38,288 nucleotides of DNA, from contig CAYHES010000005.1 of NCBI GenBank assembly GCA_964355495.1, forward strand, positions 1-38,288. Direction: 5' to 3'. The position numbers and the translations under genes were made by a program. Under the pieces are notes generated by a model. It was not told where the DNA came from and ran no database searches. It saw nothing but the letters and a program-made list of their open reading frames with translations. The stretch is from an uncultured Acidiferrobacterales bacterium (GTDB lineage: Bacteria; Pseudomonadota; Gammaproteobacteria; Acidiferrobacterales; UBA6901). Positions 8,900 through 20,042 of the stretch are shown here, in pieces; positions within the stretch are counted from its first letter, which is position 1, and each line of letters begins with the position of its first letter.

Positions 8900-9190
8900 T
8901 TATTCACGGCCTTTCCAGTACCCCGGCAATCTGCGTTGGTGCGCGACCGCCACGATCCTGATCTGGTTGTCTGCGACTTCGTAATAGACCGCAAACGGGA
9001 AGCGTTGCAGTAGCACGCGGCGATACGGACCTGAATACACAGCCCCCATCCAGGGATTGGGTTCCAGAAGATCCAGAATCGCGCCCAGCTCGTGGTAAAA
9101 CTCGGCGCCCAGTCCCGGCAGCTGGAGATCGTAGTAGCCGGCGACCTCTTCCGTTTCTTTTTCGGCGGCAGCGTGAAATACAATTCTCAT
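8900..9190 (-). CDS. RelE/ParE family toxin
   Basis: MRIVFHAAAEKE...YYD...GLG.EF...RRVLLQRFPFAVYY...IVAVAHQRRLPGYW. Confidence 0.9.
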   Translation of the reverse strand: MRIVFHAAAEKETEEVAGYYDLQLPGLGAEFYHELGAILDLLEPNPWMGAVYSGPYRRVLLQRFPFAVYYEVADNQIRIVAVAHQRRLPGYWKGRE

Positions 9191-9211
9191 TCCCTGAGGC
9201 TTGTCGGGTGA

Positions 9212-9457
9212 CTATTTTTTTTGATTCTTTGCCAGGCGCTCGTGCGCCTTCCTGAACACATCCTCGGCGGGAATCAGCTCAACCTCGCCGGATTCGATCT
9301 GCCGGCTGCGGCGCACCAGCTCTTCCTTCCAGTATGCATCCACGTCGTCCTCGGCGCCTTCATCGAGACTGCGAATGAGGCGTAGCGCGAGATCGGCGCG
9401 TTCCTTTCGAGGAAGCGACAGGAGCTCCTTGTTCAACTCTTCGAGAGGGCGGGCCAT
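9212..9457 (-). CDS. Putative addiction-module antitoxin
   Basis: LSLPRKERADLALRLIRSLD...W.EELVRR...IESGEVELIPAEDVF, located upstream of the toxin. Confidence 0.88.
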   Translation of the reverse strand: MARPLEELNKELLSLPRKERADLALRLIRSLDEGAEDDVDAYWKEELVRRSRQIESGEVELIPAEDVFRKAHERLAKNQKK

Positions 9458-9720
9458 GAATTCAGATTACTCCAGTCTCGGGCCTTTTTGTAGGTACTGG
9501 TGTTTTCGGGGATCCCTCCCTGGTTGGTTTGGTGGGGCAGGCCCACCCTACGCTGACCTGTGCTCTCGTGCGCATGCAGATCTCTCCCTGTGGGGTGACC
9601 GTTACGGCCTCTTCTTATATGCCCCCTGCCTGCTTATCGATATTCGCGGCGCCGGCCGGGAGTGTCAACGCCCGGTCGCCGTTCGCGTTATAGTCTCTGG
9701 CGCGTTGCTTACGGGGACTT

Positions 9721-10812
9721 ATGAAGGCCGGCTTGATCGCATTGTTGATTGCCTGTGTTGTTGTGGCTGGCTGCGGCGGCAGCGGTTCCGGCGCGCCTGC
9801 CGCACCGGTGCCGGCGTGCTCGACCACCCAGCTTGAAGCCGACATGGATGCGGTGCTGGCGCTCACTGCCTCCGAGGTGGATTTTTCGTACTCGCTGGAA
9901 AGACAGGATGGGCGCCGCTACAACTTCAATCGCGGCGTCTCCACACTTCAGACATCTTATGAATCCGCGTCCACGTCCAAGCTGGTGTCGGCGGTCATTA
10001 TTCTGCGACTGGTCGAACAGGGCCATTTGAATCTCACGGACCGGCCGCAGGATCGTCTTACTGCTGCTGTCTGGCCGATCGTGAACACCGATTCGCTGTA
10101 TAGCATGACGCTTTCGGATCTGTTGAGTTTCACCTCGGGTCTTACTCAGGAGCCGCCGTTCCCGTCCTGTCTTAACAACGGCACGGCAACGATCGAGGCC
10201 TGCGTCACCGATATCGCGAATGCCAATGCCGCTAACGGCATCACGCCGGGACAGGAGTTTTACTACGCCAGCACCCACTTGCAGGTGGCGGGGCTCATGG
10301 CCGTCAAGGCGCGCGACTTCACCGCCACCTGGCAGGATGTATTCGCGGAATTCAAAACCAAAACCGGCCTGTTCCCAACCGCGACCTATGATCTGCCGTC
10401 TGCATCCAACCCACGCCTTGCCGGCGGCATGCATTGGTCTGGCGAGGAATACATGGCGTTTCTCAAGGCGCTCCGGGATGGCACGTTATTGAACGCCACT
10501 TCCATGAGCAACCTGCTGGCCGATCACACCGCCGCCGCCGCGATGGTTTACTCGCCGGCCGTCGCCGGGCTGGGAGAAGACTGGCACTACGGTTTCGGTC
10601 TTTGGCACGAATGCCAGAGCGCGACCTATAACTGCGCCGCGGGCAGCCGAATCTCCAGCCCCGGCGCCTACGGGGCCTACCCGTTCTGGGATCGCAGCAA
10701 AGGCTATTTCGGAATCGTCGCGCGGCAGGGAACGCTCGGCACCTTTCCCAACGGCGTCGCGATTGAGCGAGCCGTTCGGCCCAAGGCCGAGGAGTGGGCG
10801 GCCTGCCCATAA
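9721..10812 (+). CDS. Serine hydrolase (beta-lactamase/AmpC-like fold) lipoprotein
   Basis: Lipobox VAGC, SxxK (STSK), LLSFTSGL, PGQEFYY, YGFGLW. Confidence 0.8.
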   Translation: MKAGLIALLIACVVVAGCGGSGSGAPAAPVPACSTTQLEADMDAVLALTASEVDFSYSLERQDGRRYNFNRGVSTLQTSYESASTSKLVSAVIILRLVEQGHLNLTDRPQDRLTAAVWPIVNTDSLYSMTLSDLLSFTSGLTQEPPFPSCLNNGTATIEACVTDIANANAANGITPGQEFYYASTHLQVAGLMAVKARDFTATWQDVFAEFKTKTGLFPTATYDLPSASNPRLAGGMHWSGEEYMAFLKALRDGTLLNATSMSNLLADHTAAAAMVYSPAVAGLGEDWHYGFGLWHECQSATYNCAAGSRISSPGAYGAYPFWDRSKGYFGIVARQGTLGTFPNGVAIERAVRPKAEEWAACP

Positions 10813-10827
10813 TGCGACAAACCGGAG

Positions 10828-10917
10828 TCAGGTGCCCGGCCCGGGGAGGCGGCTTTCGTACTACCTGGCGGAATCAATCAATTCCCGCAGAGCAACGGGG
10901 TGTAACTCGATTCTCAT
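10828..10917 (-). pseudogene. Decayed 5' fragment of a second RelE/ParE toxin
   Basis: Reads MRIELHPVALRELIDSAR*YESRLPGPGT*, parallel to the N-terminus of the intact toxin at 9190. Confidence 0.65.
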
Positions 10918-11423
10918 CCTTGCGTATCGCGCAGCGGTTGTATTTCTTGTTCTTCTTCAGGACCGCCGTCTTTCTGCGAGAGCGTCAGGCGCTATTCGCG
11001 CGCTCCGGCGATCGGCGCAACCGCGAAGTCATCCTGCAGCACGTCAGTGCCGCCCTTGTTGCCGCTGCCCTTCCAGCACTGCGCTCCGACCGGTTATCGA
11101 TTGATTATCAAAGACCATTGCTGTTTTACCCGGGTTTGGAAATTGATACGGATCAACGAAATATTCGTGGTTCTTTTGTAAGTTGTGGCGTCGGGAAAGA
11201 CGGGTTGCAGTGCCGGTTCGTCTTTTCCGTCGTTCCGTCGTGTGTCCTTGCGAACGCTGTGGCGGTTTACCCACACACATCCTGTCAGCACTTCGCTGGG
11301 TTTGTTCTGTTCCTGAAGACTTGCCCTGAACCCCGTTGCGATGATTCAGGTCACTCCGCTCACGGAACGTGCAATGGGCAACCGGCGGATTATCACATCA
11401 ACTTGAGCAAAAGGAGCATTGCC

Positions 11424-12401
11424 ATGGAAACCCTTGTCACAGCAAAACCCACCAGTGGCGTCTTTGCAACTTACAAAGAGGCCGTCATCCCGGAAACACG
11501 CGAAACGGTGAGCACCGGCTGGCTGCCGCCAATGCCCGATTTGCGCGACTACACCGAGGAACACGCCGAGATATCGAGGTTGGCGACGCGGCTGAAGATC
11601 GCGACGGTGAACAACCTGAGTGCCCTGCCGGCCAAGGTCGATCTGCGCAAATGGTGCTCCCCCATCGAGAACCAGGGGCATCTGGGTTCCTGCACCGCCC
11701 ACGCCGGTGTCGGCGTGGTCGAGTACTTCGAGAACCGCGCCTTCGGCAAACACATCGACGGCTCGCGCCTGTTCGTCTACAAGGCCACCCGCAAGCTCAT
11801 GGGGGTGGTCGGCGACACCGGCGCCTGGCTGCGCAACACCATGGGCGCCTTGAGCCTGTGCGGCATTCCGCCGGAAAAATACTGGCCGTATACCGACAAC
11901 GCCCAACCGGGTCCGGCGGGCGAGCGTACCTTCGACGAGGATCCGCCGGCCTTTGTCTATTCGATCGCCGACAACTACGAGGCCCTGCAGTACTTCTGTC
12001 ACGACTCCGCCGGCCACGACATCGTGCCCGAGAACGTGCTGCTCAGCGTCAAGCGCTACCTGGCGGCCGGCGTTCCCTCGATGTTCGGGTTCTACGGCTT
12101 TCCGTCGGCCAACGCCACCAACGTGCCCGGTGCATTTCCGTTTCCGTGTACCGGCGAGCAGGCCATCTGGGGCCATGCCGTGGTGGCAGTCGGTTATGAC
12201 GATACCCTCAAGATCAAGAACACCCGGTGCAATACCGAGACCACCGGGGCCTTGCTGATCCGCAACTCCTGGGGCACCACCTGGGGCGACAAGGGCTATG
12301 GCTGGTTACCCTATGCCTACGTCTCGAAGCGCATCGCCCTGGACTTCTGGTCGATGTTGCGCATGGGCTGGGTCGAAACGGGTCAGTTCGGGCTGGCGTA
12401 A
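11424..12401 (+). CDS. C1A papain-like cysteine peptidase (xylellain-like)
   Basis: GWLPPMPDLRD, VDLR, NQGHLGSCTA (Gln/Cys), GHAVVAVGYDD (His), IRNSWG (Asn). AAGGAG RBS before ATG 11424. Confidence 0.92.
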   Translation: METLVTAKPTSGVFATYKEAVIPETRETVSTGWLPPMPDLRDYTEEHAEISRLATRLKIATVNNLSALPAKVDLRKWCSPIENQGHLGSCTAHAGVGVVEYFENRAFGKHIDGSRLFVYKATRKLMGVVGDTGAWLRNTMGALSLCGIPPEKYWPYTDNAQPGPAGERTFDEDPPAFVYSIADNYEALQYFCHDSAGHDIVPENVLLSVKRYLAAGVPSMFGFYGFPSANATNVPGAFPFPCTGEQAIWGHAVVAVGYDDTLKIKNTRCNTETTGALLIRNSWGTTWGDKGYGWLPYAYVSKRIALDFWSMLRMGWVETGQFGLA

Positions 12402-12439
12402 TCCCGGCTGGACCGCCGCCGTCTTGCCGGCAAGCAGTC

Positions 12440-12475
12440 CACTCCCCATCTGCCACTCGATGGGGAGTGTTTTTT
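12440..12475 (+). terminator. Rho-independent terminator
   Basis: CACTCCCCATC-loop-GATGGGGAGTG followed by a T run, after the protease stop. Confidence 0.85.
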
Positions 12476-12650
12476 ATGCCGTACGTCAACGTTCATCAAC
12501 ATAGACCTGTCGGCTGATGTATTTCAAACCCTGGATTCCGACATTCGCCGGAATGACGCCAGGTGGCGCCATTGGGTCCAGAGTGGGATTCATTCCAAAT
12601 AGTTGGCAGCAACTCCTCTTCGGCCGGGATTTCCACAAAACGTGTGATTG

Positions 12651-13814
12651 TCAGTGCTCCTTGCCATCAACCCGCGGCTGCACGAGGCAGGGCATGTAGC
12701 GCCACGCGAGCAGCGTAAAGCTGACAAACCAGCAGGCCGCCGAGAGTGCGATCCAGTACTGGTAGGCGGCGGGGGCGACCCGCGGGGCAACGATACGCAG
12801 CGCGAAGGCCAGCAGCATGATCCACAGCACCAGTTTGTCGTTCGCGTCGAAGACCGGTTTTCTTCCGGTATGGCCTTTCGTGATCCGGATCAGCATGGCG
12901 GGGATGATCAGGCCCATCGCGCCGAAGGTGAAGACATGCACGGACAGGCCGCCGGCCCATGCGACGAGCGCCATCCGGCCGGTGAAGTCGATGAGCAGTT
13001 GGGCGACGATGGCGAGGTAGCCGAGATACATGATGCCGATATCGAGCCGCTGCATGGCCCGCTGCGGCTTCCAGAAGAAGAAGCGGCCGGCCAGTAACAC
13101 GGCGAGCGCCAGTGCCAGCGCGCCCGCCAACGGCGGCGGCAGCAGGCCCTCGAAAACCAGCACCAGGCCGAGCGCCTTGATCGTCGTGTCCAGGGCGGCG
13201 TTGCGCAGGATGGCCACCTTATACACACCCTGCATGAACTGGGTCAGGGTTCGTTCGAGCATCAGCAGAAAGGCCATGCGGAACAGCCCGATCGCCATGC
13301 TCGTGCCGGCCTGGAAATTCTCAGGGCTCAGGATCAGGTATTTCGCCAATGGGAACAGCGGCAGGACCAGGAGGAAGAAATAGTTATCCGGGTAGGAATC
13401 GTCCTTGCGGTGGCGGATGAGCGTCCACATCAGCAGCGCAACGATCGACACCAGAAACAGGTTGTTCGACAGCCGGAAGAGCAGCGCCGGCCAGGATCCC
13501 TCGCACCACATGCCGACGCGCTCGAACAGCCAGGCAGCCGCCAGAAACATCAGCGAACTGCCGTGGTAGCCGCGCACCTTCACCCAGTTCTTGGTTGAGG
13601 TCAGCAGAAACCCGCCGAGCACCGCCCAGCCGAAACCGAAGAACATCTCATGCGCGTGCCACTGCACCATGGAATACGAAGATGCCGGCGCCCGGATCGC
13701 ACCCGCAAAGAGCAGGACCCACAACACCGGCAGGCTCAGGCCGGATAAAAAGGCCAGCGCGAAGAACGGGCGAAAACCCACAAGCCAGAGCGGCCAGGCC
13801 GACAGGGGTTTCAT
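12651..13814 (-). CDS. nnrS: NnrS family membrane protein
   Basis: GFRPFF, WHAHEMFFGF...GFLLT..NW, HVFTFGAMG, R...GHTGR and terminal PRVDGK. Start set at ATG 13814. Confidence 0.9.
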   Translation of the reverse strand: MKPLSAWPLWLVGFRPFFALAFLSGLSLPVLWVLLFAGAIRAPASSYSMVQWHAHEMFFGFGWAVLGGFLLTSTKNWVKVRGYHGSSLMFLAAAWLFERVGMWCEGSWPALLFRLSNNLFLVSIVALLMWTLIRHRKDDSYPDNYFFLLVLPLFPLAKYLILSPENFQAGTSMAIGLFRMAFLLMLERTLTQFMQGVYKVAILRNAALDTTIKALGLVLVFEGLLPPPLAGALALALAVLLAGRFFFWKPQRAMQRLDIGIMYLGYLAIVAQLLIDFTGRMALVAWAGGLSVHVFTFGAMGLIIPAMLIRITKGHTGRKPVFDANDKLVLWIMLLAFALRIVAPRVAPAAYQYWIALSAACWFVSFTLLAWRYMPCLVQPRVDGKEH

Positions 13815-13842
13815 CCGGATGCTCCGCAACTTCTGGCGTTGA

Positions 13843-15925
<2,083 letters not shown>

Positions 15926-16111
15926 TATTAAGGACGCAAGCTAATGGAACAGGACGCGGAAAGCAACTTTAAGGGTTACACGGCATGCGGGTTTACGGCT
16001 GTCCACCTGCTGAAATCGCCTGATGGCCCTATTAATGCATCCCGGCTTGCTTGCCCCGGCGGCTGCGCTTAGGCTTTCCCTGCCCTGAGCGGCGCGGGTA
16101 TAAATAACAGT

Positions 16112-16259
16112 AGGGAACCTCTAAAAATTGGTAATCCCTTCTCCCTAGTGAATGGGGCTTCATTCACTAAGGCGAGGATGAGGGGATATTTAATTCATGT
16201 ATTTACATCCCTCACCCTAACCCTCTCCCGGAGGGAGAGGGGATTTTTAGAGGTTCCCT
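16112..16259. mobile_element. MITE-like element, 148 bp, with perfect 17-bp terminal inverted repeats and nested REP-like hairpins
   Basis: AGGGAACCTCTAAAAAT (16112-16128) and ATTTTTAGAGGTTCCCT (16243-16259). Confidence 0.75.
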
Positions 16260-16312
16260 TTAAGAAAAAACGGGCGCGACGAGCCCCCCAGATGTGCCAG
16301 TCGAAGCCACAC

Positions 16313-16340
16313 GTGGTGGGCGATGCCCACCCTACAAACT
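16313..16340. repeat. GTAG-type REP-like palindrome, with an identical 28-bp copy at 29611-29638
   Basis: GTGGTGGGCGATGCCCACCCTACAAACT at both sites. Related copy at 9531-9551. Confidence 0.8.
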
Positions 16341-16385
16341 GCCCTGAGAGGCTCAGGTATAAATAACAGCCGTATGGAGGAACGC

Positions 16386-17048
16386 ATGACCGCCATCAAT
16401 ATCGAGTCCGCCCGCCACAACATGGTGGTGAGCCAGATCCGCACCGGGTCGGTGCTGGACGACCGCATTCTGGAACTGGTGGGCCGCGGTCCGCGCCAGG
16501 ATTTCGTGCCGGACGCGCTGCGCAACCTCGCCTTTGTGGACATGCAGATTCCGCTCGGCCACGGCGAGGTGATGATGACGCCGCTGGTGGAAGCGCGCCT
16601 GCTGCAGGAGCTGGCCATCAAGCCGACCGACAGGATTCTGGAAATCGGCACCGGCAGCGGTTACCTGACCTGGTTGCTGGCGCAGCTCGGGCAGAAGGTT
16701 CACAGCGTTGAGATTCGCGCGGAATTCACGGCGCGCGCCTCGGAGAAACTGGCCGCGCACGGCGCGCGCAATGTGGAACTCGAAATCGGCGACGGTGCGC
16801 GCGGCTGGGACAGGCATGCACCGTACGACGTGATTGTGGTCACCGGCTCACTGCCGCTGCTGCCGGAAAGCTTCAAGAAGAACCTCACGATCGGCGGGCG
16901 GCTGGTTGCCATCGTTGGTAAATCGCCGGCGATGCAGGCGCAACTGGTCACGCGCCTCACCGAATCCGGCTTCGACACCCGCGGCCTGTTCGAAACCGAC
17001 CTGCCGCCGCTTCGGAACGCGCCCGCACCGAGCGCATTCGTGTTCTAG
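16386..17048 (+). CDS. pcm: Protein-L-isoaspartate O-methyltransferase family protein
   Basis: ARHNMVVSQIR, ILEIGTGSGY SAM motif, APYDVIVVTGS, LFETDLPPL. GGAGG RBS. Confidence 0.88.
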   Translation: MTAINIESARHNMVVSQIRTGSVLDDRILELVGRGPRQDFVPDALRNLAFVDMQIPLGHGEVMMTPLVEARLLQELAIKPTDRILEIGTGSGYLTWLLAQLGQKVHSVEIRAEFTARASEKLAAHGARNVELEIGDGARGWDRHAPYDVIVVTGSLPLLPESFKKNLTIGGRLVAIVGKSPAMQAQLVTRLTESGFDTRGLFETDLPPLRNAPAPSAFVF

Positions 17049-17050
17049 CC

Positions 17051-17371
17051 ATGCAACAGATGACGGTGCGCGAGCTCAAGGAACGGCTCGCGCAACCCGG
17101 TGCGAAACCCGTGCTCCTCGACGTGCACGAAGGCTGGGAGCTCAACATCTGCGCCTTGCCCGGTGCATTGCACATTCCCATGGGACAGGTCCCCACGCGC
17201 ACCGAGGAACTCGACCCGCAACAGGAAATGGTGGTGGTCTGCCACCACGGCGTGCGCAGCCTGCGCGTGGCGCACTTCCTCGAAAGCCGCGGCTTCAGTA
17301 AGCTCTACAACCTGCAAGGCGGGGTGGACGCGTGGGCACGCGAGATCGACCCCGCCATGCACACGTATTGA
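17051..17371 (+). CDS. Rhodanese-like sulfurtransferase
   Basis: LLDVHEGWE, VVVCHHGVRS, NLQGGVDAW...IDP. Confidence 0.9.
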   Translation: MQQMTVRELKERLAQPGAKPVLLDVHEGWELNICALPGALHIPMGQVPTRTEELDPQQEMVVVCHHGVRSLRVAHFLESRGFSKLYNLQGGVDAWAREIDPAMHTY

Positions 17372-17381
17372 AGGGACGCAC

Positions 17382-17801
17382 ATGCCGGTCATCAAGCTCG
17401 TGTTCTCCAGTCCGGAAGCGGCGGAAGAGGCCTTCTACCGCGCCCTCCAGAAGAACGATCTCGACCTGATGATGGCGGTGTGGGACGAGGACGAAAACAT
17501 TTCGTGCGTGCATCCCGGCGGCCAGCGCCTCGAAGGCCGCGCGGCCGTGCGTCAAAGCTGGGAACAGATCTTCGCGCACTCATCCGGCATGGCGATACAC
17601 CTCAGCGACGAGTCGCGCTACGATGACCAGAACCTGACCGTGCACGTGGTGCACGAACACATCCGCCTCGGCAAGGAAAGCCAGCACCAGCCGCCGGTCA
17701 TCGCCACCAATGTCTACCGCCTCACCGACAACGGCTGGCGCATGGTGATGCACCATGCCTCGCCGACACGCGTCGGGAATCCGCCGGAGATTCTTCACTG
17801 A
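17382..17801 (+). CDS. SnoaL-like / NTF2-fold protein (YybH-like)
   Basis: AEEAFYRAL...DLDLMMAVW...CVHPGG...ATNVY...GWRMVMHHAS. Confidence 0.85.
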   Translation: MPVIKLVFSSPEAAEEAFYRALQKNDLDLMMAVWDEDENISCVHPGGQRLEGRAAVRQSWEQIFAHSSGMAIHLSDESRYDDQNLTVHVVHEHIRLGKESQHQPPVIATNVYRLTDNGWRMVMHHASPTRVGNPPEILH

Positions 17802-17831
17802 TTTCTGGCTTGAAAAAAACCGCCCCAAGGA

Positions 17832-18007
17832 CTAGCCGTTCAGTAAAGGTGTGTACGGATCCCGCATCCGTCGCGATTTCCATGGGATATCGCGTGGCAA
17901 CAGCGCAGAAGATATCTTTTGTGCCGTCGAACTCCAGCCAACCGGCTTATTTACTGGGGTTTTCGCTATCCGGGTTTTCCGATTACACACTTTTACTGAA
18001 CGGCTAG
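17832..18007. mobile_element. MITE, 176 bp, with 24-bp TIRs and a 9-bp target-site duplication
   Basis: CTAGCCGTTCAGTAAAGGTGTGTA / TACACACTTTTACTGAACGGCTAG (1 mismatch). CCCCAAGGA duplicated at 17823-17831 and 18008-18016. Confidence 0.92.
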
Positions 18008-18039
18008 CCCCAAGGACAGTTTTTTTATTTCTAGCCAGC

Positions 18040-18125
18040 GTAGGGCGCAATGAACTTCGCGAATTGCGCCGGATGTATTACTCGGTCGATCGGTGGGTTA
18101 CGGCGCTACGCGCCTCACCCACCCA
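18040..18125. repeat. Degenerate REP-like hairpin pair
   Basis: GTAGGGCGCAAT...ATTGCGCC and GGTGGGTTAC...CACCCACC. Confidence 0.55.
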
Positions 18126-18139
18126 CATTTAACTATATC

Positions 18140-19972
18140 TCAATCCAAGTCGAACTTCTGGTAATAGCTCTCGCGCAGTTTCGGATCCTGTTCTTCCTTC
18201 ACCAGCCGGAAGTTGCCGATATAGAGTTCATCCATCTCGGTGCCCATGAAGCAACGGAACGCGTCTTCCGGCGTGCACACGATCGGCTCGCCGCGCACGT
18301 TGAACGAGGTATTCACCACCACGCTGTAGCCGGTGAGCTTTTTGAAGTTGGAAATCAGCCTGTGGTAGCGCGGGTTGGTGTCGGCGTGCACGGTCTGGAT
18401 GCGCGCCGAGTAATCCACGTGGGTGATCGCCGGCAGGTCGGACTTCGGCACGTTGAGCAGCTCGATGCCGAACTTCTTGCTGTCCTCGGCGGACAGCGGC
18501 TTGCGGCGCTTTTCGGCCACCGGCGCGACCAGCAACATATAAGGACTGTCGCCGTTCAGGTCGAAGTACTCGGCCACGTCCTCGCGCAGCACCGACGGCG
18601 CGAACGGCCGGAACGATTCGCGGTATTTGATCTTGAGGTTCATCACCGACTGGGTCTTGGCCGAGCGCGAGTCGCCGAGAATCGAGCGCCCGCCCAGCGC
18701 GCGCGGGCCGAACTCCATGCGGCCCTGGAACCAGCCCACGACTTTCTCCGCGGCCAGCGCCTTCGCGCCTGCCTCGATCAGCACGTCCTCACTGAGCTGC
18801 TGATACTTCGCGCCGAGGCGGTCGAGGCTGGCCTTGATGTCGCTATCGGCGAAGCGCGGGCCGAGGTAGCTGCCCTGCATGGCATCGCGTTGCACGGTCT
18901 TACGCTCCTTGCCGGCGAACAGATGGTAGCCGAGCAGGGCCGCGCCGAGCGCGCCACCGGCGTCGCCCGCGGCCGGCTGGATCCACAGGTTGTCGAAGAT
19001 TCTCTCTTGCAGCAGCTTGCCGTTGGCCACGCAGTTGAGCGCCACGCCGCCGGCCAGGCACAGGTTCGGCAACTGATGCTCTTCGCGCAGGCCCCTGGCG
19101 AGCTTGATCACGATCTCTTCGGTAATGAGCTGGATCGAGGCGGCCAGGTCCATGTCGCTCTGGGTGATCTGGTCTTCAGCCTGGCGCGGCTTGCGGCCGA
19201 ACAGGCGGTCGAAACGCCGGTTGGTCATGGTGAGACCGGTGCAGTAATTGAAATACCGCATGTCGAGCTGGAACGAGCCGTCGTCGTGGATATTGACCAG
19301 GTGCTCGCGAATGAGGTCGGCATACACCGGTTTGCCGTAGGGCGCGAGGCCCATGAGCTTGTACTCGCCGGAGTTCACCTTGAAGCCGGTGAAGTAGGTG
19401 AAGGCCGAGTACAAAAGGCCGACCGAGTGCGGGAAGTGGATTTCCTTGAGCGGCGTGATGGTGTTGCCCTCGCCCTTCATCACCGAGGTCGTGGCCCACT
19501 CGCCGACGCCGTCCATGGTGAGGATGAGCGCGTTCTCGAACGGCGACGGATAGAACGCCGAGGCGGCATGCGACAGGTGGTGCTCGGAGAACAGCAGCTT
19601 GCCGCGGGCGTCGAACGCCGGATCGAAGGCCTTCAGGTGATTCGCGAGTTCGGTTTTCTGGAACAGTTTTTCCTTCAGCCACACCGGCATGGCGTTCACG
19701 AACTGGCCAAAGCCGCGGGGCGCGAACGCCACGTAAGTTTCGAGCAGGCGCTCGAACTTGAGGAACGGTTTGTCGTAGAAAACGATTTGGTCGATATCCT
19801 GCAGGTCAACTTTTCCTTCCGCTAGGCAGTAGCGCACCGCGTGCTCCGGGAATCCCGCATCGTGTTTCTTGCGCGAGAAGCGTTCTTCCTGCGCGGCCGC
19901 AACAATGCGACCGTCCTCGATGAGGGCGGCGGCGCTGTCGTGGTAGTAGGCCGAGAGGCCGAGGATGCGCAT
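18140..19972 (-). CDS. Carbamoyltransferase (NodU/CmcH/SxtI family)
   Basis: ILGLSAYYHDSAAA, QEERFSRKKHD, EHHLSHAASAF, GEYKLMGLAPYG, EFGPRALGGRS, NTSFNVRGEP. Confidence 0.93.
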   Translation of the reverse strand: MRILGLSAYYHDSAAALIEDGRIVAAAQEERFSRKKHDAGFPEHAVRYCLAEGKVDLQDIDQIVFYDKPFLKFERLLETYVAFAPRGFGQFVNAMPVWLKEKLFQKTELANHLKAFDPAFDARGKLLFSEHHLSHAASAFYPSPFENALILTMDGVGEWATTSVMKGEGNTITPLKEIHFPHSVGLLYSAFTYFTGFKVNSGEYKLMGLAPYGKPVYADLIREHLVNIHDDGSFQLDMRYFNYCTGLTMTNRRFDRLFGRKPRQAEDQITQSDMDLAASIQLITEEIVIKLARGLREEHQLPNLCLAGGVALNCVANGKLLQERIFDNLWIQPAAGDAGGALGAALLGYHLFAGKERKTVQRDAMQGSYLGPRFADSDIKASLDRLGAKYQQLSEDVLIEAGAKALAAEKVVGWFQGRMEFGPRALGGRSILGDSRSAKTQSVMNLKIKYRESFRPFAPSVLREDVAEYFDLNGDSPYMLLVAPVAEKRRKPLSAEDSKKFGIELLNVPKSDLPAITHVDYSARIQTVHADTNPRYHRLISNFKKLTGYSVVVNTSFNVRGEPIVCTPEDAFRCFMGTEMDELYIGNFRLVKEEQDPKLRESYYQKFDLD

Positions 19973-19998
19973 GGTTAGGATGAATTCCCTCACCCCAT

Positions 19999-20028
19999 CC
20001 CTAGTGAATGAAGCCCCATTCACTAGGG
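19999..20028. repeat. 30-bp hairpin CCCTAGTGAATG-AAGCCC-CATTCACTAGGG, with copies at 16143-16172 (inverted) and 29723-29752
   Basis: Three copies seen directly, two of them identical. Confidence 0.85.
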
Positions 20029-20042
20029 AGAGGGGGAGTTGG

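Noticed and set aside
8870-8905. Possible integron attC after the toxin (minus strand ...AATAACAAATTCATC...)
   Set aside because: No complementary GTTRRRY end or L boxes were found and there is no intI in the window. The sequence runs into the lyase remnant.
9721-10812. Beta-lactam resistance gene
   Set aside because: It has the SxxK fold only, lacks convincing YxN/KTG motifs of true class C enzymes, and its substrate is unknown.
10920-11100. Possible further gene remnant on the minus strand (…CWKGSGNKGGTDVLQDDFAVAP…)
   Set aside because: It looks coding-like but is interrupted by stops and cannot be assigned to a family without a search.
10794-11423. 210-aa N-terminal extension of the C1 peptidase ORF
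   Set aside because: It overlaps the upstream gene and a toxin remnant, and a strong RBS supports ATG 11424.
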